Source of the DNA: Macrostomum lignano
Taxonomy: Eukaryota
Assembly: GCA_002269645.1 (NCBI GenBank)
Contig: NIVC01001450.1
Coordinates: 62,001-126,000 of the forward strand
Direction of reading: 5' to 3'
Length of the DNA: 64,000 nucleotides
The number at the start of each line of letters is the position of its first letter. Position 1 is the stretch's first letter. Made by a program: the position numbers and the translations under genes. This document shows, in pieces, positions 1 to 11,170 of the stretch. The notes beneath the pieces were generated by a model. The model saw nothing but the letters and a program-made list of their open reading frames with translations, ran no database searches and was not told the DNA's origin.

Positions 1-9
1 TGCTGCATG

Positions 10-400
10 GACCTGTGGCCGGCAGGTGCCACAGGAGGTAGTTTTACGCCTTGTCCGGGGCGTGTAAGCTTGCGGTCTACAGGTGCCGCAGTGACCTGTG
101 GCCGGCAGGTGCCACAGGAGGTAGTTTTACGCCTTGCCCGGGGTGTGTAAGCTTGCGGTCTACAGGTGCCACATGGACCTGTGGCCGGCAGGTGCCACAG
201 GAGGTAGTTTTACGCCTTGTCCGGGGCGTGTAAGCTTGCGGTCTACAGGTGCCGCAGTGACCTGTGGCCGGCAGGTGCCACAGGAGGTAGTTTTACGCCT
301 TGCCCGGGGTGTGTAAGCTTGCGGTCTACAGGTGCCGCATGGACCTGTGGCCGGCAGGTGCCACAGGAGGTAGTTTTACGCCTTGCCCGGGGCGTGTAAA
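10..400. repeat. 83-bp tandem repeat (~4.7 copies) in the 3' untranslated region of Gypsy-1
   Basis: gacctgtggccggcaggtgcc recurs at 10, 93, 176, 259 and 342; ORF-track starts at 51/134/217 show the same period. Confidence 0.95.
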
Positions 401-408
401 ACTGGCGG

Positions 409-3400
409 TTAGTGTCTGCTTCCCCACTGCTGGAGCAGGTCGGACACTTGACAGGTCCGGTACCTGACAGGCGGGCGGATAGGGCGTCCGTACCTGGATC
501 TGGGTACGTCAGCCGGGGCTGGTGGTTCCACTGCTTGCGCAGCGACTGGATTCGCAGCAACCTCAGGTGGTTCTATTTGCTCGGAGGAAGGATCCCCCAA
601 GGAAGCCGTGTACAGCGATTCTGAGCTGTCTTGGCTGTGGCTGGTGTCAGTGTCTGTGCTGTCAGTGTCAGTGTCTGGCTGTAGCTGTCCCTCAATGGCT
701 ACAGCATCGCCAGCTTCGGCGAATGGTTGGCCTTTTCCAGCTTCAGCTCCCGCCCCCTCCTCAAAGGCGCCTGAAGCTGGCGGTGGTGGATTTGGCCCTG
801 GTGCTCTGCGTGGGCTCTCTGGCCGGGCAGAGGGAGGCTAGGGAATGGTGACGAGGCTAAGCTCGCTCGTGGGTCCGCTGGGCAGGTTCACACTAGGCGC
901 TGGAGATCTGGCATGGGTGGCCTCATCATACCGGTCAATTACATCTTGGTAAGTGGGCTGTCTGATACACGGTTTGAGGCGGTCAATGTTGTAGATGTTG
1001 TGGCGCGGATTTGGCACCCGATCTGCTGGGTTTAGGAGACCATACTCGGGGGACTAAACGGTAAGTCCGCTCGGAGCAGCGCTGCATTACTCGGTATGGC
1101 CCCAACCACACAGCGGGTTCTTTGCCCTTGTGATTTGGGTTCAAGACCCAGACTAATTCTCCCTCGTGGAACTCAGCGCGGAGGGCGCGGCAGTCGTAAT
1201 ACCTTTTCTGCCTTTCCTGGGCTTTACCCTTAGTGCGGCGGGCTAGGGCAGAGGTTTTGACTAGCGTGCGGTGCAACTGGTGGGCGTACCTTTCCGGCTG
1301 GTAGTGCTCATTTGGCGGTGGATTGTGACAGAAGTCGAGCGGCAGTTCAAACTCACGCCCGAAGAAAAGTTTGGCTGGAGTAAATCCGGTGGATTCGGCG
1401 ACTGTGGCACGGATTGACATGGCGGCCAGGCGGCTGGCAAGGGGCCAGTCGCATTGTCTCTCAAGACAAATGGCTCTAATCTGGGCTTTCACCATCTGGA
1501 TCATCCTCTCAGCTTTACCGTTAGCCTGAGGGCAACAGGCTGTGATCCGACCCATGTCAATCTGTAGGAGCCTAGTTAATTCTATCATGGTACTATTGAT
1601 GAAGGCAGTTCTGTTATCAGACACCAACTGCTCCATCACCCCATACCTGGCAACCCATTCAGTCAGGATGGTTGTGGCAGTGGTCTCTGCGCTGACGTCA
1701 GAAATAGGAACTACTTCGACAAACCCGGTGAACCGGTCAATCATAACCAGCAGGTACTTGTACCCCTCACACTCTTCGAATGGGCCTGCGTGGTCCACGT
1801 GGACAACCTGGTTCGGGTAGCCGGACAGTTCTAGTTGCATAGGGGCCTTGAGCTTACGCTTTGACTTCTTAGTCTTAGCGCAAACGGTGCATTTGGCCAG
1901 GACCCCCTTGACTATAGTATCTAAGTCGGAAATAACAAAGCGCGCCTTCAGGGCGGCCATCGTCTTGGTGATACCGCAATGGTTCAACTGGCCATGATAC
2001 TGAAGGACCAGATGACTGACGTCTGTGGTCTCAGGCACCACCAGGCGCCTGTTGGCAGTCTTGGCTTTGGAAGATTTGGCTAAGTACAATAGGCCCTCGA
2101 CTACTTCAAGGTCATTGAATTGAGCCTAGAGTGAGCGCATTTCCCAGCTACAACCCTGCAGTTCAGCCTTGGACAATGGCTCAGCCTTACCCTGGACACT
2201 GGCGATTAAGCGCGCCATGTCAACACAGGAGTCCTGGGCATTCTGGGCCCAGATGAGCTCAGGTGGCACTTGGGATACGGTTTCAGGTTCACGGGATTCA
2301 GTCTCTGGACTAGGAACAGCACCGCTAGCAGTGGCACGGACATTTGGCGTTGGTTCAGCCAGGGCATCTGTGTCAGTCTGACACGCTATGCTAATGCCTA
2401 TGGTCTGGACGCACACCTGACGCAGTTCCCTAGAGGGGGGCGTACGCCGGCGCTTTGGGTCTTGGTCCAGGAATTTCCCTTTAAATTCTGGAATCTGGCT
2501 GCACGTCGGGCAGTCAAAGTGATCGGCTCTGAATTTTGGCAGTCTACTAAGAACATCAGCAGGCACGTGGTCAACGCCTGGACGGTACTGGACTGTGAAA
2601 TCGTATTCGGCTATTCGTTCTAGAGTGGACTGCTGGACTTTCAGCGGGTACAGTTCAATGGTGGCAAGCCATTGGGCCAGCATACCAGTGGCATGCTTCT
2701 TAGAATGCAGCCATTTGAGCGCGGCCGCGTCCACCCGGACAGTGAAAGGCTTGTCTAATAGATAAGGACGGAAGTGCTCGAGCATCAGAACGAGCCCTAG
2801 CAACTCCCTCATGGTGGCGCAGTAGTTTCTCTGGCTACTGTTGAATTTTTTGGATGCGTAAGCTATGACTTGCTCATGGCCATCTGGCCCGAGCTGGTAC
2901 AGCACACCCCCGGTGCCGTCAAGCGAGCTATCGCAGTCCAAAATAAATTCGCGCCCCTTGGCAGAGAGGTCTGGGTACGCCAGAATTGGTGGTGAACAGA
3001 GACTATGTTTGAGTTCTTGGAAAGCCCGTTCATGATGCGGTTGCCATAGAAACAGAGCGTCCTTTTTGGCTAAGGCATACAAAGGCGTGGCGATAATTGA
3101 GAATCGCGGCACAAATTTCTGGTAGTAATTCGCGAATCCTAAGAAGGATAAGAGCTGTTTCTTGGAAAGCGGTTTAGGCCACTCTTGGACAGCCTGAGTC
3201 TTCGCTGGGTCAGCCTCAATGCCCCGGCTAGACACAACGAACCCCAGGAAGGCAACCTTGTCCTTGAACAACTCACACTTAGATGGCTTAATTTTGAGAC
3301 CGGCTTTTCTAAGCTGCCAGAGGACCAGCGCGAGATGCGCGATCATTTGGTCATTGTTGACAGCCTTAATGATGATGTCATCTAGATAGATGAAGCTGAC

Positions 3401-5058
3401 CTTCATCAGGAGAGGCCTAAACACTTTGTGCATTAGTTTCGCGAAGTTGGCAGGCGCTGTCTTGATCCCAAATGGTACTACCTTCCAGCGGAAAGTGCCC
3501 TGGGGGCAGGCAAAGGCGGTGTAGTCCCTAGCCTCCTCTTTAATCCCTACCTGCCAGTACGCAGAGGTCAGGTCTAGGCTAGAGAATACAGTGGCCCCAG
3601 CAAGGCTGTCAAAAGATTCTTCGATGAGTGGCAGGGGAAAGCTACATGGCTTGATGAGCTTATTGAAGGCCCTATAGTCTATACACAAGCGTTGGGTGCC
3701 GTCCTTCTTCTTGACTAGAACGATAGGTGACACCCAGTCGGAGTCACATTCCTCGATGACCCCTTGCTCGAGCATCTGCGCTATGTTCTGATCTAGGAAT
3801 TCCTTTTGGGCTGGCGTAGTGCGCCTGTATGGTTGCGCAACAGGCTTGGCCTTGGGATCTATTAATTCTATGCCCATCTCGTGTAATGTGGTATGGCCTA
3901 AATCTGCATTTGATCTAGAAATTTGGCTATTGAAGTAGTTGAGCAGTTTCAATACGGTGGCGAGTTGGCCCCTAGACAATTTGGCTTGGTCAAGTTGGAA
4001 CTGCATTGTCAGCCATTTGGCTAACTCCCTACTAGGCGGCGGCAGTTTACTGAGTTGGCTTGTGAGGTTAGCTACATTGTCCAGACTAAAGTCAGACTCC
4101 TTCAGGGTCGTCTGAGCTATGACCTCATGACTATCTAATTCTTGGAATGAGGCAATTTCTTGCCCCCTAGTTATCTGAATTGGCTGCTCCCCACTGTTGA
4201 GCACGCGCACTAGTATGTGGTTAGTATCGCTAACTGAGTCTAGAGTCTTAGCTACCAACTGTTCGGTCTCTGGTCCGAGGATCCGGGACATGACTATACC
4301 AGAGGTGTACGGCAAAGAGTCGAGGACGCGACTGGGAATCAAGGTTTCTGAGTGCGGGGGTAATTCTACAGTGCCGGCGGCCATCACTCGTCGGAGTTGG
4401 AAAATTCCCTTGCCCCCCTCAATGACTGGCACTGACACCCTTGCTACTAAAGCTCGGCCAGAGTTAAAGTCTAGCAGCATCTCGAAGCTGCCTAGGAAAT
4501 CCATGCCTAACAGGGCTTCCGTGGTACAGTAAGCAGTAACTAGGAATACATGCTGTTTAGTTGTATTACCTAAGTTGATTTCGCAGCGTAGCAACCCTAG
4601 GATGTCTACCTGAGAGCCGCCGAAGGCGGTGGCTCGCTGCGTATTAGCACTAGGCGTGAATATGTTATTGACGGGGTCAGCTGCGACCAGTTTGGCTTTC
4701 ACGTCAGCACCCATGATGCTGGCATTGGTGCCTGAGTCTAGACAGGCCAGAACTTTAGAGTCTCCTACTCCTAGCTGCACGAAATAGCTAGACTCAAAGG
4801 TGTCAGCCGTGTACCCCCCTTGTCGGCATTGTGGATCACTGTCCCCTGGCTGAGGTTGCACATTACAGGCCTTGTCGTGCTGGCGCCTGGGGTCGACCTG
4901 GCGCTGGAATTTCACCCTAGTCCCCCTAAGGCGGTGCTGCTTGACTAGGCTACGCAGGCTGGGAGACAGTTGGCTAATGTGAACGAACAATTTCTCTGGC
5001 AGGTGCTCAGATTGGATGAACCGTAATTCTGAGACCATGTGGCAATGGTTCCTAGTTC
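409..5058 (-). pseudogene. pol: Gypsy-1 pol: cold-shock domain, aspartic protease, dUTPase-like beta domain, RT, RNase H, integrase and Pro-rich tail
   Basis: ORFs 2126-5038 and 983-2089 are in frame across TAG 2126-2128 (MRSL*AQFNDLEVVEGLLYL). A frameshift near 1020 restores YNIDRLKPC, a stop lies at 838-840, and the tail ends ...RSRYGRPIRPPVRY...SRH* at 409. 1-nt indel at ~5020. Confidence 0.9.
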
Positions 5059-6153
5059 AGTCGTGACTTTTCCATGGCTGGGCTGCTGATTTTGGCTCCC
5101 CCGGGGCTGCTTTGGCGACTGTGGTCTCGGCAAGGGCGATGGACAGTCAGCGATCAGGTGATCGGTCTGGCCGCATCGATGGCAAGCCCGCGGAGGGCGA
5201 GGAGCTAGCCTAGGTTGTCTATAGGTTTGGCTAACTTGTGGTGGGCCCCCAGTGGGCTCTGTACGAGTGGGCCCCTGATTTGTGGTGACAGGCAGAGTGG
5301 TCTGGCTTAATCTATTGGCTTGGTCGGTCACCATCTTCTCAAGCTCGGCGACCCTCTGTTCTAACGCTTTCTTCTCAGCGTCAGGTTCTATGGCACAAAC
5401 CCTGGCTATAGTGGAAGGCACATTCAGAAGCTGGCGGACTCTGACAAGATCTTTGGCCTTCTGCATCAGCTCTTCTGCAGAGGTGGCACTGTCAGTTTCC
5501 TGATCCCATAAGAGGAGCTTTTTGGCGAGGTCCTTATCCCTCAACCCATGACAGAATCTGGCCTTGAGTAAGGGCTTCGCTTCAGTGAGCGAGAGACCCG
5601 CTAGTCTTGAATAAGAGACCAGTCTGTCAAAGAAGTCAGACATTTGCTCATTATGAGATTGGGCGGCAGCAACTAATTCTACGTAGGCCTTGTCCTTCTT
5701 CTTGGCATCGGTGTACCTTTACCTGAGCAACCAAAGCGCAGATTCGAAAGGCAACTGGTCACACCGGTAATTAAGATATACCTCTTGGCATTCGGCTGAC
5801 AGTAAAGATACGAGAATGGCGGACTTCTGGTCCTCAGGAACGCAGCAAGTGGCTAGATACTAAGTAAGCTGAGCTTCCCACGTATCAAAGTTCATCTTCG
5901 GCTGATAAGCGATTGGAGGGCGAAGGCGTATGTCTGGCTTCGCAGGCGGCGAGGGAACGGCGAGACGCTCTTCGAGCATCCGGTGAAGAGAGGCTAAGGT
6001 TTGAGTCAACAAGAGTTGCTCACTAGGAGCTGGCGCGGCGGCAGCAGCTGCGCCTGCTGGCTGCTCGCCGGCATCGACTGCGTCCTGATCTGGCACGACG
6101 GCATCTCTGTCAGCCAATGACGCTGCGGCGTGGTTGTCCCTGTTGTCAGACAT
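5059..6153 (-). pseudogene. gag: Gypsy-1 gag with two in-frame stops
   Basis: ORFs 5860-6153 and 4945-5643 share a frame, interrupted by TAG 5860-5862 and TAA 5719-5721; CX2CX4HX4C knuckle. Confidence 0.9.
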
Positions 6154-6520
6154 TGTGCAAGATTGAGCGAGACAAATGAGCCAAGCGTGAACAAAAATAA
6201 GGCTCCAGAGAAAACGAATTGAGGTTGATGACGCGAGAGAGACGAGAGAGATTGCGTCCTACTAACAAAAATATGTGCCTGACAGGGGCAAACCACAAAA
6301 AGCCTATAATAGGGGAAAGTCCTATCACGCAAACCACCCAGACTAACTGTCAGGCAATAGTCCCTACAAACAATCAGCGCACAGCGTAACCTGGCGTGGC
6401 TTGGCACACGCAGCGGAGCTATCTTGGCAGAGCGAAAGCTCGAGCTCAACGCAGTTGACAGCGCGCGTTGCTCAGGGCGACGACCAGCGGCAACCGGTGA
6501 CGATCAGGACCCCTGGGCCT

Positions 6521-6640
6521 GATGTGGCACAGGCACCCAGGCCTTGCGGACCGACCCTCAGAGACGTGGCACAGGCACCCAGGCCTTGCGGACCGACCCT
6601 CCGAGATGTGGCACAGGCACCCAGGCCTTGTGGACCGACA
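6521..6640. repeat. 42-bp tandem repeat (~3 copies) in the Gypsy-1 5' leader
   Basis: gatgtggcacaggcacccaggccttgcggaccgaccctc repeated; seen as DVAQAPRPCGPTLR x3 in the ORF track. Confidence 0.9.
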
Positions 6641-6784
6641 ACCAGACGAGGCAGGCCGGCACTCAGTCACAAGCCGGCAGAGCTGAGCAGAAGTCTCGCT
6701 GGTGCTTGGTTGTGAACTGGCAGGGCTGAGCAGAAGTCTTGATGGCGCTTGATTTAGTTGCAAGCCAGCAGTGCTGAGTAGGCG

Positions 6785-6801
6785 TCTTGGTGGGACCTCT
6801 A
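6785..6801 (-). promoter_or_regulatory. Primer-binding site, tRNA-Gln-like
   Basis: Minus strand TAGAGGTCCCACCAAGA versus the complement of a tRNA-Gln 3' end as I recall it (TGGAGGTCCCACCGAGA), 15/17; lies 6 nt after the LTR CA end. Confidence 0.65.
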
Positions 6802-6807
6802 AAATTA

Positions 6808-7643
6808 TGTCACGATTATTGGCGTAGCGGCTAACTATGGCTATGACCCTTAAAAGGGCCGGTTTGACGAGAGTTGTAGAGAGTCGTAGTCTCAAAATAA
6901 GTTGAAGTCAACTCTTGTAAAGCGGATTTTGTAGCGGAGCACTTGGCGACAAAGGCAAGAACTGCCGTAGTTGTTTTTATTGGTAGTATCAATATTAGGC
7001 TTGGTTATTACTGTCAATATACAAACTATAGCTTTCTGGGCACTGGCGGCTGCAACAATGGTTTTTGAAGATAAATTGAATGTGAAGTCAAGTGGCAGAC
7101 GAATGATGCAATGGTGACGTAACATGACGAGCAATGGCAATGAGCACAGTGAAGGCAGTGAGACGCAGTAGGCAGGCAGATGAGCAGTGGCGAGGTTGGC
7201 ATCAGCCGTGGCGTGAGATAAGGAGGCTCGAGGCAGCCAGACAGAGAGAAAGAAAACAAGGCTAGACAAGGCTGGCCAAACCAGACGGAAAACACAAGGC
7301 AGAAAACACATAGGCAGTGAGGAGAGAGAGGCACAAGACGGGACAAGTGAAGCCCCCAGCCTGCCAGGCGAGGGTTAATAAAGAGTGCAAAAGGGGGTAG
7401 CATAAAACACAGAGAGTTTTCATTGGCTGGCGAGAGAACTTGAAATTATCGATCGTGCCAAAATTTACAGACGGGCGCAAGGCCTACCAAATACACAGTG
7501 AATTAGCAATTGATACAAATTATTTGCACGCTACTATAAGTAAACGTTAAAATAAACTATTGGAGAAATTAAAATGAGAAATTGCAAGGGAAACTATAGT
7601 CCAACAGCCCTTTTGCGGGACCACTTAAACTAGCAACGTCACA
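6808..7643 (-). repeat. Gypsy-1 5' LTR (~836 bp)
   Basis: Plus strand tgtcacg...cgtcaca imperfect inverted termini; adjacent PBS; AATAAA on minus near 6980. The second LTR is not in the window, so the outer end is inferred. Confidence 0.6.
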
Positions 7644-9639
7644 CAACCTTAGTTTATTAATTGATTATAGTGTCAAAAAGAATTTGAAAAAATGTTGCAA
7701 TAGGCCTAAAATTTGTTTCTTCTAAAACAAAAAAAATAAGTTAGCTTGTGTTGTAAATATAAAATTAAGAAATCACAAGTAATATTTATCATTTTACAAT
7801 TATAATGTATAGTGAATGCAAATGACTTTATCAAATTTGATATTGAGTTTTGTTATAATGTTAAATAACTGCTTTGTCATAGTTTTCTTTTTTTTAAATT
7901 TGCCACATCTACAATGCGCAACAATTGTCTCCCGCATGCTGATTTGTTGCTACTTTTGCCGTTGTGGTCAACAATAATACCTCTTGCCAAATGGTTTAGT
8001 GATGAAAGTAATTAATCATATTATAGATGTTTGTAATATTCAAGTTTGGATTGATAAAACCAACCTCCATTAAAAATCCCCTACCCAAAAACCCCTTATC
8101 CCATTCCATGCCCCAATACTTGGTTATTGACCTTTTTGTAAGGATTAGTGACTGGTCCCTCTTTTTCTGAGTTTGCAATTTGTCAACACCCCAGGATGGA
8201 ATTCTTGCACGAAAATCGCAACGCATTTTTGTGTTCAGGAAAAAATTGCGAAAAATTGTGCAACACAAAAAAAATTGCGCACCTGTACAGGTTGCAAAAA
8301 ATGCAAAAAAAAATCCGAATTATTTTGTGACTGTTTGCACAGTTTAAATTACTGACTTTACTGTATTAAATGTAGAATCACTGCAAAATTTTTTTCGTTA
8401 TTTACAAACTGTTCAAATTGTTACAGGGCTCCTGGGTAATCTATTAGAATCTCACTGATGTCACTAAAATCTGTTGTAAGGTGAGATTACTGACTCCTAT
8501 TCTATCAAATTATTACAAGAGACTTAATTGGGGAATAAAGAAAGATGCAAATTCTACTACTGACAGGAGTAAGCCATAGGTTGCTCCGGGGGGGGGGCGT
8601 GAAGTGTCCGAGCAGCAAGACACAGTTTTTCTATTCAGTCCGGGGGATATAAATGGGGAAATTTAAGGGCTTTGCGGTAGATCAGAGTTGCCTGGGGAAT
8701 GATCGCGCAGGGGAATTTCCTAATGGGGAATGCTTTCGCAGAGGGTAATTCGCTTAATAGGAATGGCGCCAAAAGCTGGTAGGACCCTTAATGGTTAGGG
8801 GAAATTCTGGGAATAGTCTTCAGAGAAGTTAGGCAGTATGCCAAGTCAGCAGGGAGGTTAGAGACGGGCTTGAGACTGGGCAATCCGCGGGTCTGGGTGA
8901 GAGAGTTGGCGGAACTCTAGATCAAGCTGGGGACTGGGGAAGGGGGGGGTTGAAGGGGGAGGGCTGTACACTTCTGACTGAGCAAGCCTGGAGGGAAAGG
9001 GAAGGCTGAATGCCTAAATGAGGAACAGTGAGTCAACCTTTTTTTAGAACAAACTGTTCATACTCTAGACTTAGCACGGAGGCAGACAAGGTTAGTTTTC
9101 TTTTGCTGTATATTTGCGAGTATATATAGTATTTCCACTAAATATGGCGGACAATTTTTAACAAATGTTACGAAAAGAATTATTTAGCAACAAATTTACA
9201 ATATAAAACTAACTACTTACTCATGTATATTTACTTCTAATAAGGCTACAAGTAAGAATGATAAAAATAGTGAATTTGCGTCAAAAATGTAAAAACTAAT
9301 GTATTGAGGCCACTTGACTACTAGTAAGGCATACAAAAATAAGCATACAAGTATTAATGAGTACATAGAATAATGAGCCTGCCTCAAAATTTAATATTCT
9401 CTACTTAAAAAACAAAGGTATCAGTTAAATATTTATTGTAATGAGTTGTCAAAAAATGCAAGTATGAGACTATCGCAAAACATTATTTTGACAATTGGTA
9501 ATGCTAAAAACTGCGCCACTAAATTTTGTTTAAGATTGTAAAAGATTGCATTTGGTTCAATATGGAATTGTGCACCAAAAAAAATTCGCAATTTTCTGTT
9601 TTATATGTCAGATGCAAGAATTCCATGCTGGTCAACACC

Positions 9640-11170
9640 TTCTTCAATAGGTCTCTAAGTCTCTATTAAAGGTTATATTGATAAAATCAAACCCCTATCA
9701 AGGATCCAGGTCTGGAATTTATCAACACCATCTTGAATAGGTCTCCATGCCTCTATTCAAGTTTGTTGATAAAATCAATCCCCATGAAGAATCTCCCCAC
9801 CTTAAAACCCTATTCCCCATGTCCCAGTGGTTGGTTTGAAGTGCCTACATATAGTTGGGTTAAAGCTACCAAAAAATAAAGCTCAAATTTGAAATCAGCA
9901 CCATCAAAAACCCCTTTAGAGACAAAATTATGCTCTTGTTAAAATTGCAACTAATTTATCAGTATAAACTTAAAGAAGTCCCTAGTTACTAATACCAAAA
10001 TTATAATGAAAAAGAAATCCTATAGTATAACAAATATAATAAATACTTTACAAAAGGTTCAATATTCCTTTTTATAAAAATAGTATTCATTTTGTTAAAC
10101 TGGCATGTTTCTTAAATTTGAAAAAATCTGGTCAATTTAATTGCATGCATTTGCTATATCTGATATCATTGTATATACAATATTAGCTGGCTGCACTCAG
10201 CAAGCATGCTATAAAGACTTAGTTAGGTAATGTTGAAATCTATCAAAGATACTATGCTATATATAGTTTTGATCAAAATTATAAACTGTAACAAGTTGGA
10301 ATTCTTGAACTTTAGGTAGATAAAATAGCTGCAATTTTGATAGGATCATGATTTTGTCAGTATAGTGCTGATTTCAAATTTAAGCTTCATTTTTAGTAGC
10401 TTAAAGCCACCACCAGGGCATGGGAAATAGGGGTTTTAGGGTGGGGAGAATCTTCATGGAGAATGATTTATGTACCTAAACTTCAATAAAGGCATAGAAG
10501 TCTATTAAGGATTAGGTAGATAAATTTGGAGGCTAAGGAGAGGGGGCAAGTCTTGGGGATTGTGACATTGTGGCGATATGCTAGTGTATTTTTATTATTG
10601 CAATATTATGCTTTGTGCATTCTTAGTTAGTTAAAGTATTTGCATGCGCGCTAATTGGCTAGTGTGTTTCAGTGCATGTGCACTGCGTCGGGTTGTTTGC
10701 GTTTTATGTGTGGCTAGCATGGTGGGGTCTAGGCAGTCAGGCCAACCACCCTCTTTAGTCCTAGGGTTGATGAATAAGAATAAACAAGTCATATAAGAGC
10801 CCAGTTGTGTGTACTGGCTCTCCACATTTAACTTTCCTACGCATTCACTACAAGCCTTTAGCTTCATATATTACAGGGATAAGGGGGGGAGGCTAACAAC
10901 CATTAACAACAAGGCATGGGGATAGATTTTATGTACCTAAACTTCAATAGAGACATGGGGGTTTATTGAAGATTAGGTAGATAAACTCCAAACTGAAGGG
11001 GGAACCCAAGGGGGGGGGTCTAATGGGGGTTGGCTAATAACCCCCAACCACTGAACCACCAAGGCATGTGGAATGAAGGGTTTTAGAGTGGGGAGAATCT
11101 TCATAGGGATTGATTTTATGTACCTAAACTTTAATAGAGGCATGGGGGTCTATTGTAGATTAGGCAGATA
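9640..11170. repeat. Cluster of inverted copies of a dispersed non-coding repeat family
   Basis: aaaatcaatccccatgaagaatctccccacc at ~9771 recurs inverted at ~10430-10480 and ~11080-11130; related pieces at ~8060, ~13130-13280 and ~20160-20400. Confidence 0.6.

Larger units (their letters stand above)
1..7643 (-). mobile_element. Gypsy-1: Ty3/Gypsy LTR retrotransposon (5' LTR, PBS, gag, CSD, PR, RT, RH, IN), mildly degenerate; 3' LTR lies beyond the window start
   Basis: Domain order PR(CLDSG)-RT(YLDD)-RH-IN(HHCC, DDE, GPY) is the Ty3/Gypsy order; gag CCHC knuckle CHRCGQTDHLIADC; LTR-like termini and PBS upstream of gag. Confidence 0.95.

Noticed and set aside
10-400. CRISPR-like array
   Set aside because: Units are contiguous near-identical 83-mers without unique spacers; eukaryotic retrotransposon context; no cas genes.
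5019-5025. Programmed -1 frameshift inside the Gypsy-1 CSD
   Set aside because: C GGT TCA is not a slippery heptamer; a 1-nt deletion is more parsimonious.
7914-8015. Candidate EMC10 signal-peptide exon (MRNNCLPHADLLLLLPLWSTIIPLAK)
   Set aside because: No phase-0 GT donor compatible with the exon at 14484, and it lies 6.5 kb away; unsupported.
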